Assembly: GCA_002633005.1 (NCBI GenBank)
Contig: NMRA01000629.1
Location: forward strand, 182,535 to 240,838
Length of the DNA stretch: 58,304 nt
Direction of reading: 5' to 3'
Source: Phoronis australis
Lineage: Eukaryota > Animalia > Phoronida
Made by a program: the position numbers and the translations under genes. Positions 35,912 to 49,577 of this stretch are shown here, piece by piece. Every line of letters begins with the position of its first letter. Within the stretch, counting starts at the first letter, position 1. The notes under the pieces were generated by a model. It was not told the origin of the DNA, made no database searches, and saw only the letters and a program-made list of their open reading frames with translations.

Positions 35912-38045
35912 TTAAGTCATATTTACGTTCCACAATGGGACAGGGGAGGTTGAACCATTTAATGTTGCTCCATGTTCACAAAGGCATGTGCGATAAGCTA
36001 ATTTGGTGGATGTGGCAAACGATTTTGTACGAGGAAGTGAAATGCGAAAGGCACAACTCGGGGTTTTTACCACGTTAGACTTAGCTGCAGCCCGAGTTCC
36101 TGTGTGCAGCAGGGCAACGTCCACTGATTTATGTTGAAGAGTAAATAAAAACATTTATAATTATTTCACACCTTCATTCTTACTGTTCAGCAAGAGTAAT
36201 CGTATGAGCGGCATGTATGTTGCTCCAAAAATTTCCAGNTCAATCTTAACAAAAGATTAACTCTAGAAGTACAGCATCTGTTACACACCTTATTATTAGT
36301 AGACATATTTTTTCACATAATTCAAAACGTACCTAGTGGTTGCAGTAGTTCATTTTACAGCGTTGATATATACACCCCAGTGCAACGCAGTGGTTTCGAA
36401 ATTAGAATTTTCGCATCGACCAGGGTCGGTGCCCCCCAATAATTTTTACCTTCCTACGAGCCTGACGTATTTGGGTTTATTCATTCGAACCAGAAGTAAT
36501 TGAATTTAGCCAAAATTATTTTCAACCGCAATGTGTTGCAGACATTCAGGACATGTGCCTTACCTTCATCTGCAGGAGAACGCAAGCGCTCCTTGTATTT
36601 GACAGGAGTTCGTCGTGCGTTTCGTCCGTTCTCAATACATGCGTTTCAACCAACGAGTCAGCCTTTTACTGAAAACGCTTCAACGTCTATCGTCTTGTAA
36701 CCGATAAATCGCTCAAATGCAACATAGTTGGTTTTCGCATACATGACATATGACTGAGCTTGGACTGTTGGTGCAAATTCAGAGGCATGGGCATCTCAGT
36801 TAACGACATTTTCATATATATTTCATGTAGATAAGTATCTCTGAACCAATTTAATTATCTCAATTACTTGATAGTATACCGAACAATTCCTGTTATTTTA
36901 GGCAATGTCACGCTTTATAACACCTTACAGTTGCGCCGGTTAATGAAGGACCATTGTCCTATCATGGAAGGGTGCAAGAATTATGACATCCCTTTGTAAA
37001 CGTTGGCAACAAATTGATTGTCAAGAAATCGCTGCATTCAGCCAAATATCTACATATTTTGACTCGGNTGCCTTACCTTCATCTGCAGGAGAACGCAAGC
37101 GCTCCTTGTATTTGACAGGAGTTCGTCGTGCGTTTCGTCCGTTCGCAATACATGCGTTTCAACCAACGAGTCAGTCTTTTACTGAAAACGCTTCAACGTC
37201 TATCGTCTTGGAACCGATAAATCGCTCAAATGCAACATAGTTGGTTTTCGCATACATGACACATGACTGAGTTTGGACTATTGGTGCAAATTCAGAGGCA
37301 TGGGCATCTCAGTTAACGACATTTTCATATATATTTCATGTAGATAAGTATCTCTGAACCAATTTAATTATCTCAATTACTTGATAGTATACCGAACAAT
37401 TCCTGTTATTTTAGGCAACGTCACGCTTTATAACACCTTACAGTTGCGCCGGTTAATGAAGGACCATTGTCCTATCATGGAAGGGTGCAAGAATTATGAC
37501 ATCACTTTGTAAACGTTGGCAACAAATTGATTATCAAGAAATCGCTGCATTCAGACAAATATCTACATATTTTGACTCGGCAAAAGTTAAGAAGACAAAG
37601 CAGAGAATTTGTTGATGTTATACCAATCTTTCGTTGATTGGATCACGTGACTGTGCCTTTCTAGTAATGTTTGAGTAAAAGAAAGGTACATTCATAGCTA
37701 AATAACGCTATCAACAACATGGCCAAATTTCAATTCGTTTTATGCAACTTAACTGATTTCAATAAAAATCACAAGAGTTGTATTTTGCCGGCCCTTCATG
37801 CAAACGTTGACACAATTTCTACCAATATCGTTTTGGAGATCAGGACATAGAACATAATTTCGTAAGAATCCGGCTAGTCATTGGGGAAATATAATGTTCC
37901 GAAGGCCCTTCTGAAAGTCCTCTTATATAATACGAGTGAAGTGTAGCTACAGATCAGTGCATTGATATTCATAGCCACCGGAAATGTACATATCGTATCT
38001 TCGACGAAAAATAACCTTCGGAAAACATACGCCTCTTTCAGAAAG

Positions 38046-38436
38046 AAGGCGACTTGCAAAATCGTCTCTTCAAATTATCCCCCGGCGAAGGGCCATATCA
38101 AAAGAAAAGGGCCAAAATCTACGCCCAGCTAGAAGGACTTAAGACGAGAATAATTTCACATGGTAGTCTCGTCAAGACAGCCGTTTATGAATTAAGGAGG
38201 GTGAGCATAGGACACAACGGTGCCAATGAAAATTTGAATGCAGCGACTTGCAAAATCGTCTCTTCAAATTATCCCCCGGCGAAGGGCCATATCAAAAGAA
38301 AAGGGCCAAAATCTACGCTCAGCTAGAAGGACTTAAGACGAGAATAATTTCAGATGGTGGTCTCGTCAAGACAGCCGTTTACGAATTAAGGAGGGTGAGC
38401 ATAGGACACAACGGTGCCAATGAAAATTTGAATGCG
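38046..38436. repeat. ~195-bp direct tandem duplication (no N at junction)
   Basis: gcgacttgcaaaatcgtctcttc...aatttgaatgc repeated twice with a few substitutions. Confidence 0.85.
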
Positions 38437-40899
38437 AAAGTGATTACTGCTGGTATATTCTTCAAAAACTCATGAGAAGGATATGAGCATTTCACAGCCT
38501 TGAGCCTTGAGCCTTGAGTCTCCGGGAAAGGCTGTTTAATTTTTAACCACAAAATGGCCATTTATTCACTCTTTTGTCAGGTCAAACTAAAACACTAGTG
38601 AATATTTCGCTTTTGAGTTCAAGGATAGACCAAAGCAGCATAATTGGTTCTGGTACTTGTTTTTCAAGAATTGATACGGTGATGTATTGGCACATTATTT
38701 AAAAACTTCAGTGATATTTTCCTTTGGAAACGCGTTCTTAATCAATTCAGGTCTCAAAAAGGGTGTCTGTGGCTATTTTGGCGAGCAATTTTGTTCAAAG
38801 CAACAATAGACAAGCTCGTGTAACTTTGATAACCTTCTNTTTCAAGAATTGATACGGTGATGTATTGGCACATTATTTAAAAACTTCAGTGATATTTTCC
38901 TTTGGAAACGCGTTCATAATCAATTCAGGTCTCAAAAAAGGTGTCTGTGGCTATTTTGGCGAGCAATTTTATTCAAAGCAACAATAGACAAGCTCGTGTA
39001 ACTTTGATAACCTTCTCTAACAGTGAGTTTCGTTAGGTGACATAATCGGCGAATAAAGCGTTTTGGTAAGATCAACTCATGGCGGATTTGAATTCACGAT
39101 ATCAGGTTATGGTCGCAGTTCGACGCTCTGCTTGAGGAGCTAAACGTCACTTGATAACTAACAGACTATTTTCAGCGTGTTTTAAAGATGAACTCACCGG
39201 CCTCGATTTCAGCGAATGACTGGCAGCCCACTGTTATAAAATCACAAAACAAGGAATTTTGTTGCTTATAACTCTGGTCAAAGCTAATAACTCCCACCCA
39301 ACAATAATATCAAAATTATTTTTTACTCGCAAAACCGATTATGTCCCATTAAACAGTAAGGCACTCAGGTTTCAAAACCAGTCGCACGCAGACCAGAACC
39401 AATTACCCATTTTTAGACTTGGAGACAGCCCAGGAAGAAATTAATATCGGAATCATTCTCTAACAGAAGATTTCACGCTTGTGTTTCAGTTGAATGCCGT
39501 AATGGACGACATGGCGTACGGCCATCTGCGAATCGAAGACGGCGATTCCTGCAGGTTAGAAACCCGCTACTTTATTTTCGAAAGAAACGGATTTTAACAC
39601 AAGTTAGGTCTCTCGAAGCCTAAGCCCAGACAATGCTCATTCAAAACAACTCGAAATAATTTCAAACCTAGCTAAAGTCAATACGGATCTTTTAGTTTGA
39701 TTTTAACATTTGGTGGCCTCCGTAGTAAGGTACAACTTACTCATGCATTATGAACACCCACTCATCTTGAGCTACATGTGCATGTCATGAGAGGTTTCCG
39801 CAGAAACCTCGCCCACTGTTTTTAAAAAATCCTTTTAAAATTAACAGTCAAATAAGACAAAGACAAACAGAGCTGAAATATTTTCTTGCATGTGATGGCA
39901 AAGTGTATTTCAACTCACCACCATCAAGTAATCGTTGGTTTGGACAGACAACGAATTTGACCATGACCCGGACTAGAAATGGTTACGCAGCTGCAAATGT
40001 TTGCGACCTATCGCCATCATCGATGTCATCGTCAGCAACTTTATCGTGATCAACTTCATCATCATCGTATTTATTATTTCTAAAAAATCCAACATGTCTT
40101 GTTCATGTTTTTCAGTGTTTCCACCCATGACTTAGAAACTAACACGACAGTGCTCCAGGAGACGTCAAAAGTTCTTACGATGTGCTATTTGGAAAAGATC
40201 GATGGTGCCATGAAATGTGACCATGTGCGAGCTTATGAGCAATCTAATGAGTTGTCAGATGTGGAAGGCAAGACAGCATGTGGCCAAGAAATTGCAGAGT
40301 ACGAGATATCGTCGATGTCTTTTGAAGAAAACGAGACTAATGCCAAGGGAACGGAGTTCCATTCTTCTGCGCAAAAGATTTCACTACCTCATATTTGCTG
40401 ATGGCTGCCAAACTTCTCAACGGACTGAGACATGAAATCTGTGATCTTTGACAATTTCTCAGGAGACAATTCTTTCTAACACTCTAGTCTCCCATGACCA
40501 ATTGCCATGGGTCAGTTGCATTTCTATACAAGGTCTCACAAAAGGCGGCAGAATGATTTTAGACGTGGGATCCCAGTTAAAGGAACAGACTTTTGTGGTT
40601 CGANGGCTGCCAAACTTCTCAACGGACTGAGACATGAAATCTGTGATCTTTGACAATTTCTCAGGAGACAATTCTTTCTATCACTCTAGTCTCCCATGAC
40701 CAATTGCCATGGGTCAGTTGCATTTCTATACAAGGTCTCACAAAAGGCGGCAGAATGATTTTAGACGTGGGATCCCATTTAAAGGAACAGACTTTTGTGG
40801 TTCGATTTAGTAAATCAAATTCTATAACTGGGTTAAAATAAATCATTACACGAGCCCAGCACTTGTATGCCAGGAAGAAAACCTGTGGATTGGTACTCA

Positions 40900-41097
40900 C
40901 AGGGTGACCCAAAAGTTATACGGATTTACAATTCATTGTACAATTCTTAATTATAAATCCTGTCATCAGGAGAAAAATTTTCAATGCAAACTGTATGTGG
41001 AAAGGCCATACGTAGACTGACGATGATCTTGACCTAATTTTTAAAAAATAAATAGATTAATCAGTATTAATATTTATTCAATTTTTGTGTCACCCTG
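40900..41097. mobile_element. Tc1/mariner-type MITE
   Basis: TIRs cagggtgacccaaaa / ttttgtgtcaccctg followed by TA; the left flank is CA. Confidence 0.7.
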
Positions 41098-41674
41098 TAC
41101 ATACAGAATATTCCATTATGTTTTGTGTTCGTTTCTTAATAATACACGTTTTGTAAACAAACAAAAATATAAACAAACTTATGTTCGATTTAATCAATTA
41201 CAATCTAATCCAAAGACGAAGCCAGGCGTTCGAGAGGTTCAATTTTTTCGTTGAAAAAAGATTTCTTGAATACTTGAATATGAGGTTGAAACTGAATCTC
41301 AATGAAACAACCAGGTCTCTTTCTAATCATTAATTACATGATCACAAAATTAAGAATATTCTCCATGGTAGCCATGAGAAACTTTTGTAATGATTGTACG
41401 TGACCTCTTCAAGGAGTCTGAGCACACGAGGGCGTTTAGACAGAAAAAGAACACTTACATTGGAAGTTTTTCTGGAACTCAAATTTGCACACACAGGCGC
41501 ATTTTTGGAAGGGATATAAGCCCGTCCAGTTTGGCCACCTAATTAAGTTCAGTGTGTTCTCTTCGTTAATATAATTATCACAAAAAGTACCAAACTACGT
41601 TTTGTACCAATAGTCCAGTCATAAAAAATGACCTATTTACGCCAACCTCTGGTCTCCCTCTCATCTCTGATACC

Positions 41675-41930
41675 TAGCTTGCGATGCATGAAATTTGTCT
41701 ATCCTAAGTGTCGCGATGCATGACTTGTGTCTTGTCTAAGTGTCGTGATGGATGTTTTTTGTCTAGTCTAAGTATTACATGCATGATTTTTGTATAGTCT
41801 AAGTGTCGCTATGCATGACTTTTGTCTATTCTCATGGTCAAACTTAAATGTGCTTTATAACCAATTCACGCTAAGTTAGTCTCAGGATCAAACTTTAACG
41901 TGCTTTATAACCAATTCACACTAAGTTGAT
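41675..41930. repeat. Degenerate ~35-bp tandem repeat followed by a ~51-bp duplication
   Basis: ctaagtgtcgcgatgcatga-type units, then tgtgctttataaccaattcac twice. Confidence 0.6.
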
Positions 41931-44900
41931 ATCACTGGAATTGTGTTCGCCTACAGTAACGCTTGCCTTGTGCCTTCGAAATCCAACATGACACGGCATA
42001 GTTCAATATCTTAAAGTCATGGAATGCAAACGTTCGTCAAAATATCTTTTAGATAATTCCTGGCGAAAGTACTATCTCGCAACGTCTCCTACAAAATTTT
42101 TCACTGTACCCTGTGTGGAAATTTCCAAAAAAAGGATCACAACGTTCACGATTTTTAAATACGCCCCGAGAGAAAATTCTGTAGTTACTAGTCTGAGTTT
42201 TAATCTCCCTCTCAAATGCGCGCATGCGCTCACAGTCTTCGACAAACATTTGACTGTGGCTGATAAGATGGATATTAACGGCAAAGTATCATGCNTTACA
42301 TGCATGATTTTTGTATAGTCTAAGTGTCGCTATGCATGACTTTTGTCTCTATTCTCATGGTCAAACTTAAATGTGCTTTATAACCAATTCACACTAAGTT
42401 AAGCTCAGGATCAAACTTAAACGTGCTTTATAACCAATTCACACTAAGTTGATATCACTGGAATTGTGTTCGCCTACAGTAACGCTTGCCTTGTGCCTTC
42501 GAAATCAAACATGACACGGCACAGTTCAATATCTTAAAGAGTCATGGAATGCAAACGTTCGTCAAAATATCTTTTAGATAATTCCTGGCGAAAGTACTAT
42601 CTCGCAACGTCCCATACAAAATTTTTCACTGTACCCTGTGTGGAAATTTCCAGAAAAAGGATCACAACGTTCACGATTTTTAAATACGCCCCGAGAGAAA
42701 ATTCTGTAGTTACTAGTCTGAGTTGTAATCTCCCTCTCAAATGCGCGCATGCGCTCACAGTCTTCGACAAAAATTTGACTGTGGCTGATAAGATGGATAT
42801 TAACGGCAAAGTATCATGCGTGATCATGCTCCGAATCTGAGATCAACAGCACAGTATGAAACAGTGAAGCACAAAAAATTCAAGTGCAAGAGTATATTTG
42901 AATACTGTCATAACTTTATAACTAATTTTGAACGGCTAGGACTTACGTCAATTGTCTCTTAATTTGACTGGATGCTGCTTGAAGTCCCCATTGTTTCGCT
43001 CACATCTAAGGTCAAAGGTCGTATTTTCCATATAAGGGAAATCTTCGTCTATGTCTTGCCATACCAAATAAGGAGTATTTTCCCTTGTGGGAGAAAAATC
43101 GACGAAGTGACGAGTAGTTGACAGACCATTTTTGAAATTTGAATCTAAAAGAAAAATGCGTTGACCTCAACAGAAATTCAAAATCGTCACTCTGAATAAC
43201 GACAATTCAGTCAGTTTTTTGCCTAGAACATAGTCCCCTCAAATTACTCTGTTTCGATAAAAATTTTTTGGAAGTACTCGGCCGAGTTTCAAACACTGTT
43301 CAGACCGAAATCTAGTCAGGCCAGGAATATCAATTTGTTTGAGCTTCTCAAAAACACTCCGAAGCTCTGAAATTTGACTAAGGGACATTTTGAGGCTAAA
43401 TTCATAAGCGTATTAAAAGCGACTTAGATCAAAAGTTGTTTGTTGTGATGGGAGGCCGCTTTATAACCCAAGTTTAATTGTGGTAGTATAGGGTATTTCA
43501 CTTGTTAAATATTTCACATCCCCATCCCATTTCCTCATTTCGGACAGGTGCAGTAATTCCTTTGTGTTGGGCTACATTACGCTTAATGATATTCCCAGGA
43601 TTCTCANTTTTGAAATTTGAAACTAAAAGAAAAATGCGTTGACCTCGACAGAAATTCAAAATCGTCACTCTGAATAACGACAACTCAGTCAGTTTTTTGC
43701 CTAGAACATAGTCCCCTCAAATTACTCTGTTTCGATAAAAAATTTATGGAAGTACTCGGCCGAGTTTCAAACACTATTCAGACCGAAATCTAGTCAGGCC
43801 AGGAATATCAATTTGTTTGAGCTTCTCAAAAACACTCCGAAGCTCTGAAATTTGACTAAGGGACATTTTGAGGCTAAATTCATAAGCGTATTAAAAGCGG
43901 CTTAGATCAAAAGATGTTTTTTTGTGATGGGAGGCCGCTTTATAACCCAAGTTTAATTGTGGTAGTATAGGGTATTTCACTTGTTAAATATTTCACATCC
44001 CCATCCCTTTTTCTCATTTCGGACAGGTGCAGTAATTCCTTTGTGTTGGGCTACATTACGCTTAATGATATTCCCAGGATTCTCACAGGCTGATGATTGT
44101 CACGTGTCTAGTGGAATTTTATTTGTTTGTAAACTCATTCTTTAGTTTGAATTCCTTGTGTCAGCAGCACAGACGTATGTATCTAAACAATCTTCAAATT
44201 TATCTTATTAAAATAAAGAAAATTCTCATCGGTTGAAATGTTATTACATCTCTGGCTAAGAAAACTCACCTAAACAAACGAAATTGAAAGCGAGTCTTAA
44301 ACGTCAGTACGGGACCCATTTTATGCCTTTGAGAATAAAAAACATTGACTGTTTCATGTCAAACATCGTATATGTAAACTAAATCATTTCTAGATTTATA
44401 TTTTGGGGGACATTATGCTTGGTAGTAATAAACAACTCAGTACATTAATTGTGATTTTTATTTGGATTTAAGTAAAGACCCTACTTGAACGACAGATTCA
44501 GTCTACCTGCTTTAGTCTGAATACAACTTCAGAATTCAGTGGATCACTCTCCTCATTCACAACTTATCTTCAACCTTCAGGAACCTGGGTCTAATCTTAG
44601 TACTTGATTTCAAACGCTGATGATGTAGCATTTTTTATTCTTCTTCTGTTCGAACTCACGACTGGTACGTGACTGTTATTATGTGCTCAAGTGCATTACG
44701 GTTTATGCATATGAGTCACTAGTCCGAGTTCGCACTTTATGATCCCTAAATTGGAACGCAAGCTTGAGTAATACCTTGAGATTTCAAGTAAAAACTAAAA
44801 AATTTGATTTCAGACTCAAAATTTCAGCCTTAGGCCTAATGCTGAGGTCATCAAGGATTACACAGATTTTTCTAACATAGAAAAACAGACATTCATTTTG

Positions 44901-47900
44901 AGATTGCACAAAAGTAGAATAACATGTGGTTAAATAATTTCAGTTTCGAGTCAGACTAGACCCGGGAACCAGATGGCAAGGTGAAAGGATGAACAATAGC
45001 TGTGACGTTTTTCCAATATTCATACGATACGTCACAGAAACTGACGTACTAATCCTAGAAACGCTCTTCATAAAGACAGGACGTTCATAATGATTGGAAA
45101 GTTGTTTGGATGTTTGCGGAGGGGAAAGTATGCAGGAACCGAATCGAATATTGACAAGAATGTGGAGGAGTTGAGGAAGACTCGACAGTGAGTAAAAACA
45201 CTAGCGCATTACAAAATAATCATAAGATTAATCGAATGAATTTTGTATTTCACGCCACTGCACTCATGGAAAAGCTGCTCAGTGTTATTATGTAAATTTT
45301 ATGTAACACGTGGGCCAAGACCTTAGATGTTGAAGTAAATAAACTAACAAAATATTCAAGATGTTGTGTGATAAGACTAAGAGTTTTTACTGTATTCCCT
45401 CAAATTGTCGAAGCCGACGAGTTAGACTTCTTCAAAGTTTTCTAGGTCAATACATCCTGCGGCAAAAAGATCAATTTTCACCTAAAGCGGTCATCTTGGT
45501 TCAGTCCTTTGCAGAATTCTCTAGCAAAATGGCGTAGCTGTCGAGCTTTAACCTGGTCTCGAGCACTACCGAAATGTAAGTTGCTCTCTTCAAGCACACA
45601 AGAAAAGAGATCATGTGTGATTGAGACCAATTTTACAACGAAAGTTTTTTGGACAGCAGGTAGGAGCGTGTTAGCTAAAACACCCATTGGACAATTTCAC
45701 GAACGCGGAAGTTTTACTGCTTGGTTTACACTTCAGGGCGAACTCTCAAGTAGTAAAATTCCTGAAGAAGGGATTGCAAATAAGTTTGGATCTCAACAAC
45801 AAGCTGGAGAAGGTTACAAACAGTGAGTACAGCAAAAACGGTGCTTACTGCATGGAAGTGTCGAACTGGAAATGCATTTTTAGACTCCCAGAAAACAATT
45901 GGGCCGTAAATGGGAATGTTAGCTTAGAACTTACAACATAATGCACCTTTCTCATGACAGGGTCACACTCCCGGTTTGAGTTGACAATAATATTTTGCTA
46001 AAAACGCATACAAGATTCCAAAACCGTTCTGTTCGCTCCTAATCCTCCGCCATAATTTAATGGATACTAAAACCTGTTATGATGATTTCAACAAATCCTC
46101 GTTCTGTTAGGTCCTACTTGCTATTGCTTGATTGGAGCTAATCTTGGATGATAAAAACAGAAATCGACTAAAAACTCATACTCTCTATGTCACAGAGTGA
46201 ATATTATGGTTCTTGGTGTGTGGTTTGTGGCCACAGTTGCCTTGTGCGTCTTGACCGCCAGCTGTGAGTCTTGTCCTTTTAGCAGATTTCGAAAGGTATT
46301 TTCAAATTTCCCTCCAAACTTTTGAGGATTGTCGAGGGTTATAGAGCATTATCTTGTTTCAGGGAATTGGGTGCGAAAGTCGTTTTTAATATCTGTTTGT
46401 GGTCCAAAAACGGGTTTTGTATCCTTTTAACGTGTCACTTGAGCGAAAAAAGCAACATTGAACCACAGCCAATTACACGTGTTTTTGACATGTAGTCATT
46501 CCCCTAAGTTACGCACATGATGCTGTTGTAGCGTTAATGGTCTGATATAACGTGCCCTAATTTTGAGAACCAGTTTTCTTCACTGAATACCAGGCAACAA
46601 ACTGCCGGTTGTAGTAATGAGTGAAATTATAATGAAAGTTATTCCTGGCCGGAATATTTCAGTCGAATATTTGTCATCCACATGATCTTGCTCAAAGAAT
46701 GAATCCAGTGATACAGACGAAAACAGGTTTTGTGAAAACAGTGTTTTTAAAACGTTAGTAAATGTGAATAGAGTGGCATTTGTTCTTTGAGAATTGAAAT
46801 TCGCATAACACTCTGTAAACAGTAGTTGTAGGTCGACCCGTGAAATTTATAGTCATGCATAACTGAGCCCACTTTCAGAGGCCAGCAATTTAGGGCAACA
46901 AACTAAAACAACAAGAGAATTCATGATGTTGATTTGTACTGATATTGATAGAGAAAAAGTGGCCTCGTTAAATCTTACTTTTATGATTTTCCAGCTGAGC
47001 TAAAATATTGAAACAAAATTTAAATCGTATTAAAACACGTTAATCTTGATGGTCCTGCCCACCATTCCTTGTATAATCACGGAAAACTGGAAGGTCAAGT
47101 CAAGTATTGTCATGGAACATAAATCCATTTTCTTACAGATGCAAAACTGAAACAAGCAAACACTTATCGCTGAAACACATTCATCAGATCACCTCTATAC
47201 AAATGGGATTCTCAGGCTTGACAATCTCAAAGGTTTACTTAAAGTTCTGTGTTGATATGCTAAACCGTATATTTATCTTCCAATTCAGGACTAGAGCACT
47301 GCAGGGAAATTTAGTTAACAAAATGCTGGACGCTTTTGATGTTCAGCTTAATGCCCGCTTGGATAAAGTGAGAAAAGAAATCAGACAGATTGACGAGTTA
47401 GTAGAAAAATTATTAAAACTGAAAAGTAAAAAAAATTGATCATGAAAAGAATCCTACGTTGACACCCTATCTGGTCGAGATTGGGCACCTCGACCGCTTT
47501 GCTTACTTCAGAATTTGCCGGTTTATGTCAAAGACACCATGCTGTTGTGGTTAACTGAATTGCCTTAAGCTGCTGATACCATCGTTCTCTAGATATTGAG
47601 ACCCATTTTGGATACTCATTTTGAAAGCTTGTAAATTGCATGTTTGAATAGTTCGTGGAAAGCGTCATCGATTAGGTCTTTGAATTTTGAAAGTTGGAAA
47701 AGAAATGTGAGTTTTACAACCTAAAACATAGGTTTAATGTTGCAATATTGCGCATTAATTCCGATGGGTGTGCAGCATAATTGGGCCAATTACCAAACCA
47801 TCAGGCAGCACTTGGATTTTGAAGTAGGTCAGGCGTCATCGTAAAATTCTTAACATGGACGTCATGATGGTCTCAAAGTATTGTTTAAAATTGCTAAGAA

Positions 47901-49306
47901 ATGAACATAGAACGTCATTAAAGCTATACAATAATGCAGATTGTTGTCCACCAACTGGCCAAAAGCCATATCGGGACGAGACGTATTTTATCATGTCGCC
48001 CATTTATGGAAAAATGGCTATTGAAATAACACCAGAACGAGGTAAATGAACAGTTCATTTTCATGTTTTATGAATTTAGAACGCTATATTTGTGCATTTA
48101 TTTATGAGGAAAATTGCGTTGTCAAAGTTCTTTGAAGGTTAATTTGTTAAAAATTCTTGTGATGCGACAATCAGTTCTGAGCAAGTAGTTAATATGTGAT
48201 GGTGATGTGTGTCCTAAGATTCCTAACCATGATAAAAATAAAAAATACACATACACTCTCTCTCACACGCACACGCACACGCACACGNATGTTCAGCTTA
48301 ATGCCCGCTTGGATAAAGTGAGAAAAGAAATCAGACAGATTGACGAGTTAGTAGAAAAATTATTAAAACTGAAAAGTAAAAAAATTGATCATGAAAAGAA
48401 TCCTACGTTGACACCCTCTCTGGTCGAGATTGGGCAACTCGACTAGTTTGCGCACTTTAGAATCTGCCGGTTTCGATCAAAGACATCTTGCTGTTGTGGT
48501 TAATTGAATTGCCTTAAGCTGCTGATACCATCGTTCTCTAGATATTGAGACCCATTTTGAATACTCATTTTGAAAGCTTGTAAATTGCATATTTGAATAG
48601 TTCGTGGAAAGCGTCATCGATTAGGTCTTTGAATTTTGAAAGTTGGAAAAGAAATATGAGTTTTACAACCTAAAACATAGGTTTAATGTTGCAATATTGC
48701 ACATTAATTCCGATGGGTGTGCAGCATAATTGGGCCAACTACCAAACCATCAGGCAGCACTTGGATTTTGAAGTAGGTCAGGTGTCATCGTAAAATTCTT
48801 AACATGGACGTCATGATGGTCTCAAAGTATTGTTTAAAATTGCTAGGAAATGAACATAGAACGGCATTAAAGCTATACAATAATGCAGATTGTTGTCCAC
48901 CAACAAGCCAAAAGCCATATCGGGACGAGACGTATTTTATCATGTCGCCCATTTATGGAATAATGGCTATTGAAATAACACCAGAACGAGGTAAATGAAC
49001 AGTTCATTTTTATGTTTTATGAATTTAGAACGCTATATTTGTGCATTTATTTATGAGGAAAATTGCGTTGTCAAAGTTCTTTGAAGGTTAATTTGTTAAA
49101 AATTCTTGTGATGCGACAATCAGTTCTGAGCAAGTAGTTAATATATGATGGTGATGTGTGTCCTAAGATTCCTAACCATGATAAAAATAAAAAATACACA
49201 TACACTCTCTCTCACACGCACACGCACACACACATATTGGCAGAATGTGATAATTGTTTTCATAAAATGTTACCATGATTGGTGAAACATAAACCGAAAA
49301 CAAATA

Positions 49307-49573
49307 CCGTATTCGCCCTAATAAGCGCCCATGCCCCTATAGGCTCCCCCTCGCGTTTTCAGACTTTGATAAAATAAGCGCCCAGTCCATGAACACCGCC
49401 ATACTTGCGAAAAATGCGTTACTTACAGTTAAAATTTTACAGTAACGTCTTCAATTTATCAATAAGATCCGACATTCCTGAAAAAAATCAGTGTGCACGG
49501 AATTTGTAAACTACGAGACTCGCCGCTATGTCGGTATTAGCCGTGACTATACACTTCAAACTTCCACCGTGCT
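49307..49573 (+). mobile_element. pogo/Tc1-like MITE left end (duplicated at ~51664)
   Basis: TA|ccgtattcgccctaataagcgccc terminus with a repeated ataagcgccc; interrupted by the TTAA element. Confidence 0.5.
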
Positions 49574-49577
49574 TTAA

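Larger units (their letters stand above)
29950..36137 (+). pseudogene. Spliced OTU(vertnin-like)-hAT transposase, disrupted
   Basis: Putative exons 29950-29967, 30089-30338 (PIRTSGDGNCLFRAASL) and 32611-34771 (OTU His motif PNHVV; TTF finger FQKQWF..WPWLHY...CHIC; FLARQGIPFRG; YTSPDIQNE; LADETTD), then 35914-36137 (KSYLRSTMGQGRLNHLMLLHVHK, hAT dimerisation). Disrupted by duplications, frameshifts and a Kolobok insertion. Confidence 0.8.
29623..36464 (+). mobile_element. hAT DNA transposon (ZMYM1-like/TTF zinc-finger, Tip100-type) encoding an OTU-fused transposase
   Basis: TIRs tagggccgtaggaag (29623) / cttcctacgagcctg (36450-36464), each with a subterminal ggtgcccccc. The transposase lies between them. 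No clean 8-bp TSD. Confidence 0.8.
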
